A stretch of DNA of 53,309 nucleotides, from positions 1 through 53,309 of IMG/VR virus record IMGVR_UViG_3300032331_003728. One strand, 5' to 3'. The notes beneath the pieces are model-generated. The model saw only the letters and a list, made by a program, of their open reading frames with translations. It had not been told where the DNA came from and did not search any database. A program made the position numbers and the translations under genes. Shown piece by piece: positions 38,282 to 47,589 of this stretch. Position 1 is the stretch's first letter. Every line of letters starts with the position of its first letter. The stretch is from a virus. Lineage: Duplodnaviria; Caudoviricetes.

Positions 38282-38914
38282 ATGTTTGACACATTAATAA
38301 GGACCGATTTCGTCAATAAAGAAACATTACTAAAACTGAAAAAGTACTGCGATGTGTCAGAGTTTTACGTAAACGAGTCATACGGTGGTCTGCCTATTGA
38401 CTCTTTTCGTGAATCAGATGGGATAACGGACAAACACATTAAAGAACTCGGTCTCCCAGCGGTCCCAAGCGAGGTTTTGCGCTCCCACCGTCAATCGGAC
38501 ATGAGCGAGGAAATAAGAACAATTGCAGATGAAATTAACAAATTGTGCGATGAGTTGATTCTTGAAAAGTATGGCAAGAATATGGCATTCATGCAAGGTG
38601 GAGATTTTGTCAGATATGGAGTTGGACAGTCACTTCCATACCACCAAGACTGGACATTGTCTGAGTGGGTAATAAAACATAATCTTCCAGTTGTACACCT
38701 TTCTTCAGTGCTCTATTTCAACGATAACTACAGCGGCGGAGAATTGCTTTTCTCATCAAAAAAACTTAATAACTATAGTCATGACGTTATGTCCATCAAA
38801 CCGACAGCAGGGACAATCGTGTTCTTTGATGCACTTCAATGGCATGCCTCATCACCGGTTCAAAGTGGATTCAAGTACGCAAGCACAAACTTCTACACCT
38901 TGCAAAACGTGTAG
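38282..38914 (+). CDS. 2OG-Fe(II) oxygenase
   Basis: HQD...YFNDNYSGGELLF...WHASSPV.SG.KY. Confidence 0.9.
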   Translation: MFDTLIRTDFVNKETLLKLKKYCDVSEFYVNESYGGLPIDSFRESDGITDKHIKELGLPAVPSEVLRSHRQSDMSEEIRTIADEINKLCDELILEKYGKNMAFMQGGDFVRYGVGQSLPYHQDWTLSEWVIKHNLPVVHLSSVLYFNDNYSGGELLFSSKKLNNYSHDVMSIKPTAGTIVFFDALQWHASSPVQSGFKYASTNFYTLQNV

Positions 38915-38935
38915 GGCTGTTACCATTGTTAGACC

Positions 38936-40045
38936 ATGACAGTCACCAGAGAAACATACAAAGAGTTCATTGACAGGGTGAGCTATGGCGATCTTAATTC
39001 AATAATCAGCGCACCAGATACGGATTTTGAAGCAGTTGACCACATAGTCAAGAACGATAGTGATGTGATATTCACCTGGGACTACACATTGGTTAGACCT
39101 CAGCTCCGCAAGCTTTATGAAAAAGCCAAGAACAATCAATGGAATGGTGAAACTGCACTTGACTGGTCAATAGGAGTAGACGTAGAGCGTTCAGTGATGG
39201 AGGACTATGCCAACTTTGGATCAACTCGTGAAATGTCTGTGTACGAGGGAAGCCCAATAGAACACTGGGGCGATAAGGAGTGGCTTGAGTTTGGCGTCAA
39301 CAGTCGTCGTTGGCTGATCTCGCAGTTTATACACGGAGAACAAGCTGCGCTTATGTGCTCGGCAAAACTAACCCAGACATGTCCTTGGTACGACGGAAAA
39401 CTTTATGCCTCTACGCAAGTAATAGATGAAGCTAGGCACGTAGAAGTATTTGCTAAATACGGCAACGAAAAACTTGGTGGAACATTGCCTTTCAACTGGC
39501 ACATTCAGAGCCTTGTCGACGACACCATTGCGGACAATCGCTGGGACATGACCTATCTTGGAATGCAGATAATGGTCGAAGGCTTGGGTCTTGCGTCCAT
39601 GGCCTACATGCGCGAGTTAACAAGCGAACCGCTACTGAAACAACTACTCAGAAACGTAATGACAGACGAAGCGCGTCACATATCTTTCGGGATTATCTCG
39701 CTTAAGGAAATCTATGCGGAAATGAGCGACTCGGAAATTATGGAGCGTCAGCAATTTGCCTATGAGGCCAGTATAAAGCTTGGAGAACGCATGCTCCAAC
39801 AAGAGGTTTACGAAAAGATGGGCGTTAAGACAAAAGACATTGCTCCGTACCTGATGAAAGATCCAGCACAAGCATGGATTAGAAAGATGCTGTCCGCAAA
39901 AATAGTCCCAAACCTAAGCAAGCTTGGTTTACTGGATAGGAATAATGGATGGATGAGACGCAAGTTTGAAGAAATGGGAACAATAGAGTTTGAAACACTT
40001 GGTGAATCAGATGAGGAATTTGCAGAGTTCATACACAGTTACTAA
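38936..40045 (+). CDS. Ferritin-like diiron protein (AurF/para-aminobenzoate N-oxygenase-like superfamily)
   Basis: LYEKAK..QW, SQF.HGEQ.A, DEARHVEVF, EGL.LA and DEARHISFG (two ExxH diiron motifs). Confidence 0.85.
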   Translation: MTVTRETYKEFIDRVSYGDLNSIISAPDTDFEAVDHIVKNDSDVIFTWDYTLVRPQLRKLYEKAKNNQWNGETALDWSIGVDVERSVMEDYANFGSTREMSVYEGSPIEHWGDKEWLEFGVNSRRWLISQFIHGEQAALMCSAKLTQTCPWYDGKLYASTQVIDEARHVEVFAKYGNEKLGGTLPFNWHIQSLVDDTIADNRWDMTYLGMQIMVEGLGLASMAYMRELTSEPLLKQLLRNVMTDEARHISFGIISLKEIYAEMSDSEIMERQQFAYEASIKLGERMLQQEVYEKMGVKTKDIAPYLMKDPAQAWIRKMLSAKIVPNLSKLGLLDRNNGWMRRKFEEMGTIEFETLGESDEEFAEFIHSY

Positions 40046-40048
40046 ACA

Positions 40049-40717
40049 ATGATGAAAACTCCAGATGACTACTCAATAAACATGGCCTATTCGTATGCCA
40101 ATAGCAAGGATCTGTCTACTTATTACAACGACTCAGCAAGGGATTACGATGAGTTTGTTGATTCTGTCGGGTACGTACTTCCCCGATTAGTTGCTGAAAA
40201 GGCAGTTCAATATCTAAAGCATTCAGACAGCATTATTGATATTGGTTGCGGAACCGGGATATTGGGCGTTGAGTTGAATCTACTTATGGATGGTCTAATG
40301 ATTCACGGCATAGATCTTTCTTGGGAAATGATTGTCGTAGCATACGAGAAGAAAAAATTAAATGGAAGTATGTACTATGAAAAACTTTACCAAGCAGATA
40401 TAAATGATAAATCAAGTATGCCGGAAAATAAATACGATTTCATGGTTAGCTCGGGGACATTTACAACTGGACACCTAGACGGTAAACATTTGTTAAAGAT
40501 ATTTAGTGTGATGAAAGAAAATTCTTTTGCCGTTTTTAGTGTAAAGAGCGATCACTTTAAAGAATCAAATTTTATAAATGACTTAGAAGACTTGAAAAAT
40601 AATCAATTGATTAAAATTTTGGAAATATCAGAGGTTGATTCGTATGAAAATGATCAATACTCAGCTATGTCTAAGATTGTAGTTTTACAGATACAATCTT
40701 ACAAAGACAAGTTATGA
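40049..40717 (+). CDS. Class I SAM-dependent methyltransferase
   Basis: YYND.A..YD...GY..P, IIDIGCGTG, GIDLS.EM, YD...SSGTFT.GH. Confidence 0.88.
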   Translation: MMKTPDDYSINMAYSYANSKDLSTYYNDSARDYDEFVDSVGYVLPRLVAEKAVQYLKHSDSIIDIGCGTGILGVELNLLMDGLMIHGIDLSWEMIVVAYEKKKLNGSMYYEKLYQADINDKSSMPENKYDFMVSSGTFTTGHLDGKHLLKIFSVMKENSFAVFSVKSDHFKESNFINDLEDLKNNQLIKILEISEVDSYENDQYSAMSKIVVLQIQSYKDKL

Positions 40718-40718
40718 T

Positions 40719-40997
40719 TTACCATTTGCCAAGAGGACATGTTGCTGTTTCTAGTTTTACCTTTAACTTCATAAAACAACCGCATTCTTTACACTGATGT
40801 GTGAGTTTAAGCAAACTTGGGCATACTTCACATATTTCCAATCTTGCATTTGAAGATTCATCATCTATATAGTTTGCCTTGTTGAGCATGTCCGTAGGTC
40901 TTACTGGAGCGCCGTTTAAAAGTTCTGTTGCTCTTTTTTTCTTATACTCTTCCCATGGGGTCACGGTATTATTTCCTTTGGTTTTCCTATTGTTCAA
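40719..40997 (-). CDS. Small Cys-rich putative metal-binding protein (DUF6171-like)
   Basis: R..IC..CP...QC..CGCFM..K..L....CP.GKW. Confidence 0.7.
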   Translation of the reverse strand: MNNRKTKGNNTVTPWEEYKKKRATELLNGAPVRPTDMLNKANYIDDESSNARLEICEVCPSLLKLTHQCKECGCFMKLKVKLETATCPLGKW

Positions 40998-41436
40998 ATG
41001 TGTTTTTTACAAACTTATTAACCCAATTGGCTGAAGCCAAAGTCAACTGAAGGTCTTTAACTTGATTCACGTAGTCATATCCCGAACCAAAATCTTTAAG
41101 TGATTCATTTATAACCATTGTTGCAATTCCTTGCCTTTGGTAATCTGGGTGAACATCAAGGATGAAAGGTTTTGGTTGTCCATCCTGTATGTAGTAAATG
41201 TATACACAATTAAGCGCGCCATCTTCGCCCCTGTAGACATACTCGGTTGAGTCAACTGGTTCATCATGACCAAAAAATCGTGCATAACGAATCTGTCCGT
41301 TTGTTTTGGTAATGCCTGGAGGGCCAAACTCCCCGAATTTTTTCTCGTGATTGCTCCATGCTCTAAAAAAGTTTTCCTCTAATGGCACAAAGTCAGATAC
41401 CAAATCAGTCCAAGTATTGATGTTTGCATCAGTCAT
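40987..41436 (-). CDS. GNAT-family acetyltransferase-like protein
   Basis: LDVHPDYQRQGIAT motif A; paralog of 13261..13725. Confidence 0.75.
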   Translation of the reverse strand: MTDANINTWTDLVSDFVPLEENFFRAWSNHEKKFGEFGPPGITKTNGQIRYARFFGHDEPVDSTEYVYRGEDGALNCVYIYYIQDGQPKPFILDVHPDYQRQGIATMVINESLKDFGSGYDYVNQVKDLQLTLASANWVNKFVKNTFEQ

Positions 41437-41495
41437 TTATAAAATTTATCCTTTTGATTTTGTTCGCTCTGTATATCTTATACACATGATAATCA

Positions 41496-42389
41496 TTAAT
41501 AACAGAAAGCACCATCTCCGCACGGCCCACTAGTTGTGTATTTGAAGTCATATCCACAGGATTGGGCCCCACAGCAAAGGCAGGAACAAGGCGTGACACA
41601 TGCGGAGTAGCCACACCAGCCATCGACATATGCTCTATCTCTTGCATACTCACCACAGGCTCCGTCTGCGTACCAACCTACTAGTACCTGTCCGTCGCAT
41701 GATAGGCGGATGAAAGTATCAAATGGGTCACATGCCGGAGGAGGAGGGTTAGGAGGAGTTTCATTCGTGGTCTCTTCTAGGTAGATTGAGTCAGAGTTTG
41801 CCCAACCAGTCTTGGAAAGATAGACGTATGTAAAGCGGTTTACGTTCTCACCAAGGCCAGTCCAACCGTGGCAACTTCCACTCTGGTCATTTGGTACAAC
41901 ATTGTAGTTGTAGTAGTTGTAGACATATCCATCATCTTGACTTTGTGATGCATAGTTGTCATAACAAAGAGGAATCGTGGAAGTTGTTTCCGCAATGTCG
42001 GAGACAACTGGTGTCGCTATTTTCCCAAACAACGGAGTTACAGAATTTGAGTTTGTTGAGTAGGCGCCAGTTAGAACCATATTCTTCGCGGCAACCCTAA
42101 ATACATATGCCGTTCCGTTAGTTAGGCCAGTTACAGTAACTGATGTTCCAGTAGAAACTCCATCAGAGAATGTGGTCCAGTTTGAACCGCTGTCGCTCGA
42201 ATACTGGATTACGTAATCGTTAAGCGGAGGACTACCTAAAGATACTGGTGCTGTCCAAGAAACCGATGCTGTTGTATTTCCATATGTGCTTGGGAGGCTC
42301 GCCGTAACAGAAGTAGGTGCACCTGGCTTTGATGCATTGGCAAGAACAACACCACCCTGTCTCGCTGAAACTGAAGCCAAATATGGCAT
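41496..42389 (-). CDS. FN3-domain protein with Cys-rich C-terminal tail
   Basis: PGAPTSV...VSWTAP...DY.IQYS...VTGLTNGTAYVFRVAA.N; a PPNPPPP linker then a 12-Cys tail. Confidence 0.85.
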   Translation of the reverse strand: MPYLASVSARQGGVVLANASKPGAPTSVTASLPSTYGNTTASVSWTAPVSLGSPPLNDYVIQYSSDSGSNWTTFSDGVSTGTSVTVTGLTNGTAYVFRVAAKNMVLTGAYSTNSNSVTPLFGKIATPVVSDIAETTSTIPLCYDNYASQSQDDGYVYNYYNYNVVPNDQSGSCHGWTGLGENVNRFTYVYLSKTGWANSDSIYLEETTNETPPNPPPPACDPFDTFIRLSCDGQVLVGWYADGACGEYARDRAYVDGWCGYSACVTPCSCLCCGAQSCGYDFKYTTSGPCGDGAFCY

Positions 42390-42390
42390 G

Positions 42391-43668
42391 TTAGTAACCT
42401 AGGTTTGAACTGCCAAACACCGTCCATGCAGAGCTTCGGCGTACAAATGTAAATGAAAAAATATCGATTTTTCCAGCCGAAGAAGTTGGGACTGGTGCTG
42501 CTCCGTTCGACCATTTGATTGTTTGAGCGGAACCGGCAACCTGGACAGCATTCGGTATATATCCAGTTGCACCCTGCGTTACAAAAATAACGACCGTAAT
42601 TGCTTTTCCATTGTCTGTTGGTGCGTTAGTTAGGTTTACCGTGAAGTTGCTTGAAGGTGCAGTTCCGACATAGAAGATGTCTCCAGTTGAGTAATCCGCT
42701 GTAACTACGCTTGCCGAAACAGACGAGTCAATTACTGCTTCACGAATTGAAGTACCATCAAACCTGCCTGATACAGAAGCGCTGGTAAGCGTAGCTGTTC
42801 CAGCAGCAAAGTTACCAGAACCATCACGGACAACAATTGCATTGTTTACAAGAGCACTATCTGCAGTTGTTGCTGAGTTTAAAACTTTCCCAGAGGATGA
42901 AATGGTTGCAAGTTTTGTGTCAACTATTCCAGCTGAAGCACTAATGTCAGCATTAACTATTGATGTACCAAGACTTAGTTTGCTATAAGCAATTGCTGCT
43001 GAAGCACTTACGTCTTCGTTTACAATAGTGCCGTTAACTATGTTTGCTGATGCCACAGTTATGGATGTTGGCAGAGATCCGGTTGCCAATTTTGAAAGCG
43101 CAATAGAAGCCGAGGAGCTTATGTCGGCATCGGCTATTGTCAAATCCGTTATGTTCGTAGAAGACACCGTTATGCCAGAAGGCAAGGCACCTGTGGCTAG
43201 TTTTGAAAGTGCAATAGATGCAGAAGAACTGATGTCGTCATTAACAATAGTTCCATCAACTATGTTTGCCGAAGCAATGGTAATGGCAGTCGGCAGTGCC
43301 CCAGTGGCCAACTTTGATAGGGCAATCGAAGCGCTTGAACTTATATCTTCATTGAGTATTGTTCCATTGGCAATTTTTGCAGTTGTTACCGAACTGTCAG
43401 CAAGTTCTGTCGTGCCGACTTCACCAGCCTCAATCTGGGAGCCAATTTCTTCCCATGCACTTCCTGTATAGATATAAACCTTGTTGGTCGAATCAAGATA
43501 GCAAAGTCTTCCTTCTGCCAACTCTGGCTGCCCTGCTGATCCAAAGGCAGAGTCCCTTGCACCTATTGTCGCAAAGCGCGCGACCACCTGGTCCATTAGG
43601 TATGTGTTTACCTGGTTAGCCGTGAGAATTGATCCAGCTTCAAAAAGTCTTGTGCCTGCGCCGGCCAT
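42391..43668 (-). CDS. Tail fibre-like protein
   Basis: AGGAG RBS; F.AG.ILTA.QVN.YLMDQ.V..F...ARD N-terminus; DISSSASIALSKLATG.LP repeats; C-terminal QGATGY...W..G.AP...DIFSF domain. Confidence 0.8.
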   Translation of the reverse strand: MAGAGTRLFEAGSILTANQVNTYLMDQVVARFATIGARDSAFGSAGQPELAEGRLCYLDSTNKVYIYTGSAWEEIGSQIEAGEVGTTELADSSVTTAKIANGTILNEDISSSASIALSKLATGALPTAITIASANIVDGTIVNDDISSSASIALSKLATGALPSGITVSSTNITDLTIADADISSSASIALSKLATGSLPTSITVASANIVNGTIVNEDVSASAAIAYSKLSLGTSIVNADISASAGIVDTKLATISSSGKVLNSATTADSALVNNAIVVRDGSGNFAAGTATLTSASVSGRFDGTSIREAVIDSSVSASVVTADYSTGDIFYVGTAPSSNFTVNLTNAPTDNGKAITVVIFVTQGATGYIPNAVQVAGSAQTIKWSNGAAPVPTSSAGKIDIFSFTFVRRSSAWTVFGSSNLGY

Positions 43669-43818
43669 GCGCTCTCCTTATAAAAAATGAGTTTGATAAA
43701 TCTTACCCCATTAACAACTTTGGCACAGTAAGCCAAGTTTATTAAAGCCTATTTTATGAGTATTTAAAAATAAGAACTTGCAAATGCTAGAATTGGAGGT
43801 CCTTTTCGAGGAGGCAAC

Positions 43819-46800
43819 ATGTTCGGACGGCGTCGTCGCTTCAATAAGCCTGCAGCAATAATGGCTATTCCATCGGTATTTTTCTTGCTTTTCTCAATAT
43901 TTGGTTTTTCGACTTCAGTGTCCGCCACGACAATACCTGGGGCGGGGTTTGAGGATAATACCTTTACTGGATGGTCAAGAGGTTCGCAGACAGGGAATCT
44001 TGGTGCATCCATTAACGGGAACGGAACCGGCGTAACCATCTTTAATGGTTCTAGGCTTTTTAGCCACGGTTCACATGGTTCAATGGGTAACCCAACCGTC
44101 AATGGTCAACCCAATCCCTACTACGCTCCAGCCGTTGCCGCAGGAACATGGAATTTTTCACCAAAAGGCGGAACATACGCCGTAGCCATACAACCCAAAA
44201 GTCAGCAAACTTTTATCCAAGCAACTGCTGCATTAGGTCTTTCTGGAACTCAAACATCTGCAATTACAACAATGCTTTCTGGTCAAGCGAGCGCTTCTGG
44301 TTATGGAAGTGGAACCCCAACTGATGCCGCGTGGATTACTCGTGAAGTTCAATTAACCGCTGGAGTTACTTACACAATGTCATGGAACTACATGGCAACC
44401 GACTACATACCCTACAATGACGGCTCAATTACTTCTTTGGTTCCAGTCACGGTTACTGGAACTCCAGTAATAACAGTTAATAACTTTGTCCAGTCTTATG
44501 CGCTTCTCGGTTTTACCAACCCTGGGACTGGTGACTATTCAACGAACTCCTATGGTTCAACTGGTTGGCAGACATCGACTTACGAGGTATCTATAACAGG
44601 AACCTACAAGATGGGTTTTGTTGCATTCAACCTTGATGACACAGCCTTGTCTCCAGTTCTTATGGTCGACGATGAAATAGGAACGACACTCTCATGCAAC
44701 CAAGCCGGTGGCTCGTGCGTGACATTTGGTGGGGTTGAGCCAAATAATGAAACTGCTCCTACTGTTGCCCCTACGACTACGGCTGAGACAACTACAACGA
44801 CTTCAACTAGCACTACGACTACAACTCTCCCACCTGCCCCTACATCACTTGTTGTTACAAGCCTTGATGACACGACATCAAGCGGAACGCTTCGTTGGGC
44901 AATAACCCAAGCAAATGCTACTGCTGGCGGTATTTATGATTTAATTACTTTTGATGTAAACGGAACCATAACACTGACAAGTGCACTTCCTGCTATTTCA
45001 CAAAGCGTGACAATCACTGGAAATGGTAGAACAAATACCATTATTGATGGAAACAATCTTTACCGACCATTCTATGTTCAGTCAGGTAAAACATTAACCG
45101 TCTCAAATGCGACTCTCAAACAAGGTCAACTTACCAATGGTGGTTTAATTTACAACTCACAAGGAACGGAAATAGCAACAGATATTCGTTTTACAGCCAT
45201 GAATGGTGGCAGCGCTGTTTGGAATAACAATGGTGGTTCTACAGCAACCTATACAAACTGCACCTTTGACTATCTAAGCAATGGCATTGCTGGAGACTAC
45301 GGTTCTACTCCACAACTCGCTACTGGTGTAACTACCTGGGCAAACGAAGCAGACTCGGTGTTTGGAAATAAAACATATGTAAACAACTGCATTTTTGACC
45401 ACAACGGAGCTGGCATATATAACTATCGTTTTACAAAAGTTGTTGATTCAACATTCACAAACAATAGTTATGCCGCAAACATTACTGGTTTGAACCGCAC
45501 ACAAATCCTGAATTCAACATTTGACCATAACTCAATAGCCATCTATCACAATGCCTGGATTCCAACATCGTTCAATATGGGTACAGATAACCGATTGATT
45601 GATGGAAACACATTTACCAATAACAGCATGGCTATCTATCTAGATGATGGTTATAACAACAACCAAAAAACACCTCGCTGGGCAACTGTAACCAATAACT
45701 CGTTTGATGAAAATGGAGTATGGATTACCTACTACCTATACAACGGAACATCAAACGTAAGCGGTAATGTTGGATTTAATGAAGTAACAAGCCTTTTTGT
45801 GCATTCCACAAACGTAAGTGTTGCAACTACAACGACGACTACGACAAGTACTACAAGTACTACAACTACGACTTCCACCGTTCCCGTTGCTCCCCCAGTC
45901 GAAGAAGTGCCAACGGGGACATCGTTACCAGAAACACCAGTAACACCCATAACGGTGACGCCGTTACCAGAAACACCAGGGCCAATTGAAGTAGATACCA
46001 CAATTCCACCAGAAGTGACAGTAACAATCCCAGACTCATTACCCGAGCCTACCGTCCCAGAAGACATACCAATTGATATTCCCGGAATCCCAGATGCCGG
46101 TGAGCCAATATCCACAGGAGACCTTGCAGATGTTTTGGATACGGTATTCACCCCAGATGCTTCACCAGAGGAAATTGGGGCAGCACTTGATGGTCTTCTT
46201 GATGCCAATTTAACTGGCAAGCAGTTTGACGCAGTCGTGGACGCGGCTCTTGGTTCGCTTGACGAGCCAGGCGCTGACATTGGAACGGTGATTGATTCAT
46301 TCTTGGGTGCAGACCTGAGCGATAAAGAATTCACCAAGGTGCTTGATGCAGTGTTCTCCGAAGATGTCTCTAGTGAAGTTTTCACCGAAGCACTAACAAC
46401 GATGCTTGGTGCCGACCTTAGCGATAAAGAGTTTGACAAAGTTCTTGATGCCGCATTCTCCGAAACGACATCTCCTGAGGCAATGGTTTCTGCACTCAGT
46501 TCAATCTTTGATGGTCCAGCAAGTGGTGTGGATATTTCGAAAGTAATGGGTGCAGTGTTTGACGAAGACATTTCTGCCGCCGATACCATGACGGTACTTG
46601 GCGACTTACTTGAAACAAACCTAAGCGCGTCAGAAACAGAAGCAATCTTTGACAGCGTTTTTGACGGTGACCTTTCCGATGCGGAAACCATTGACCTCAT
46701 TGTTGATGTATTGAAAGACGGTCTAACCGCTGAGAATTTAGGCGCTGCCCTTGGTGCAGTGTTTGACGAAGAAGTAAGCACTGAGGTTTTGATTGAAACT

Positions 46801-47589
46801 TTTACCGCTGTATTAGATGGCGAACTGAATGCCGAATCAGTCAGAGTCATCGTGGATGTCCTTGAATCAGACACGATTACGGGTGAGCAAGTTGCACAAG
46901 TTGTGACATTGGTAATTGAACAAGAGGGCGGAATCGAGTCGGGCCAAGCAACCGAACTTGCTACTAGCGCCAAGGTTCTTGAAAGCATTGACGGCGAACA
47001 AGCATCCGCAGTGTTTAACGCAATCATTGTTGCTGAGGTTTCAGAAGAGGCTGGTGCTGCAATTTCCGAAGCACTCACCGAGGCACCAACCGATGTTAAG
47101 GAATCATTTGAAGAAGAAATCAACGTATTCGCCGGCGTGTTCGATACGTATACCGCATTAGGTTCTTCTATAGATGTTGGTACAAGAAGAAGCGTAATTG
47201 CGGTAAACTTGGTGACCAGTACTGTGGCTCTAGCCGCTGCTGCTGGTGGAATACCAACCCCAGGCTCTAGTCCATCTGCACCAAGACAAGATGTTGCGGT
47301 TCGCAAGGAAGAAGAGCAAGAGGAAGGCGGAGCAATCGAGGGCGAAGGTCCTGAGTGGATTAAGCGGATATCTATTTACAAATATGAAAATGGAGTAAAA
47401 GTTATGGACTGGAAGAATTTCACAAGAAAATTTGTTTACGGAATTATGGCATCTGGATTTACTCTAGCCGGCGCGACAGTTATGTACTTTACCCTTTCTG
47501 GAGTAACTCAGAAAATTGCTCTATGGGGTACGGTTCTTGCCTTCACTGGTTCAATGTACTTGCATATGAAAGAGCCAGATAGCGAATAA
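43819..47589 (+). CDS. Large exported/membrane-anchored protein with parallel beta-helix and acidic repeats
   Basis: GGAGG RBS; basic-plus-hydrophobic signal (RRRRF...VSA); VVTSLDD...GTLR.AI..AN motif; NxxF repeats; Thr-rich linkers; acidic helical repeats; C-terminal TM segments. Confidence 0.75.
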   Translation: MFGRRRRFNKPAAIMAIPSVFFLLFSIFGFSTSVSATTIPGAGFEDNTFTGWSRGSQTGNLGASINGNGTGVTIFNGSRLFSHGSHGSMGNPTVNGQPNPYYAPAVAAGTWNFSPKGGTYAVAIQPKSQQTFIQATAALGLSGTQTSAITTMLSGQASASGYGSGTPTDAAWITREVQLTAGVTYTMSWNYMATDYIPYNDGSITSLVPVTVTGTPVITVNNFVQSYALLGFTNPGTGDYSTNSYGSTGWQTSTYEVSITGTYKMGFVAFNLDDTALSPVLMVDDEIGTTLSCNQAGGSCVTFGGVEPNNETAPTVAPTTTAETTTTTSTSTTTTTLPPAPTSLVVTSLDDTTSSGTLRWAITQANATAGGIYDLITFDVNGTITLTSALPAISQSVTITGNGRTNTIIDGNNLYRPFYVQSGKTLTVSNATLKQGQLTNGGLIYNSQGTEIATDIRFTAMNGGSAVWNNNGGSTATYTNCTFDYLSNGIAGDYGSTPQLATGVTTWANEADSVFGNKTYVNNCIFDHNGAGIYNYRFTKVVDSTFTNNSYAANITGLNRTQILNSTFDHNSIAIYHNAWIPTSFNMGTDNRLIDGNTFTNNSMAIYLDDGYNNNQKTPRWATVTNNSFDENGVWITYYLYNGTSNVSGNVGFNEVTSLFVHSTNVSVATTTTTTTSTTSTTTTTSTVPVAPPVEEVPTGTSLPETPVTPITVTPLPETPGPIEVDTTIPPEVTVTIPDSLPEPTVPEDIPIDIPGIPDAGEPISTGDLADVLDTVFTPDASPEEIGAALDGLLDANLTGKQFDAVVDAALGSLDEPGADIGTVIDSFLGADLSDKEFTKVLDAVFSEDVSSEVFTEALTTMLGADLSDKEFDKVLDAAFSETTSPEAMVSALSSIFDGPASGVDISKVMGAVFDEDISAADTMTVLGDLLETNLSASETEAIFDSVFDGDLSDAETIDLIVDVLKDGLTAENLGAALGAVFDEEVSTEVLIETFTAVLDGELNAESVRVIVDVLESDTITGEQVAQVVTLVIEQEGGIESGQATELATSAKVLESIDGEQASAVFNAIIVAEVSEEAGAAISEALTEAPTDVKESFEEEINVFAGVFDTYTALGSSIDVGTRRSVIAVNLVTSTVALAAAAGGIPTPGSSPSAPRQDVAVRKEEEQEEGGAIEGEGPEWIKRISIYKYENGVKVMDWKNFTRKFVYGIMASGFTLAGATVMYFTLSGVTQKIALWGTVLAFTGSMYLHMKEPDSE

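Noticed and set aside
12286-43668. Diversity-generating retroelement or invertase-driven fibre switching
   Set aside because: No reverse transcriptase, recombinase, near-identical TR/VR pair or inverted repeats were seen in the window.
45732-47306. 524-aa antisense ORF (and similar shadow ORFs inside 4657..9714, 14577..18707 and 42391..43668)
   Set aside because: These are by-products of codon bias in the repetitive sense-strand genes and show no protein-like motifs.
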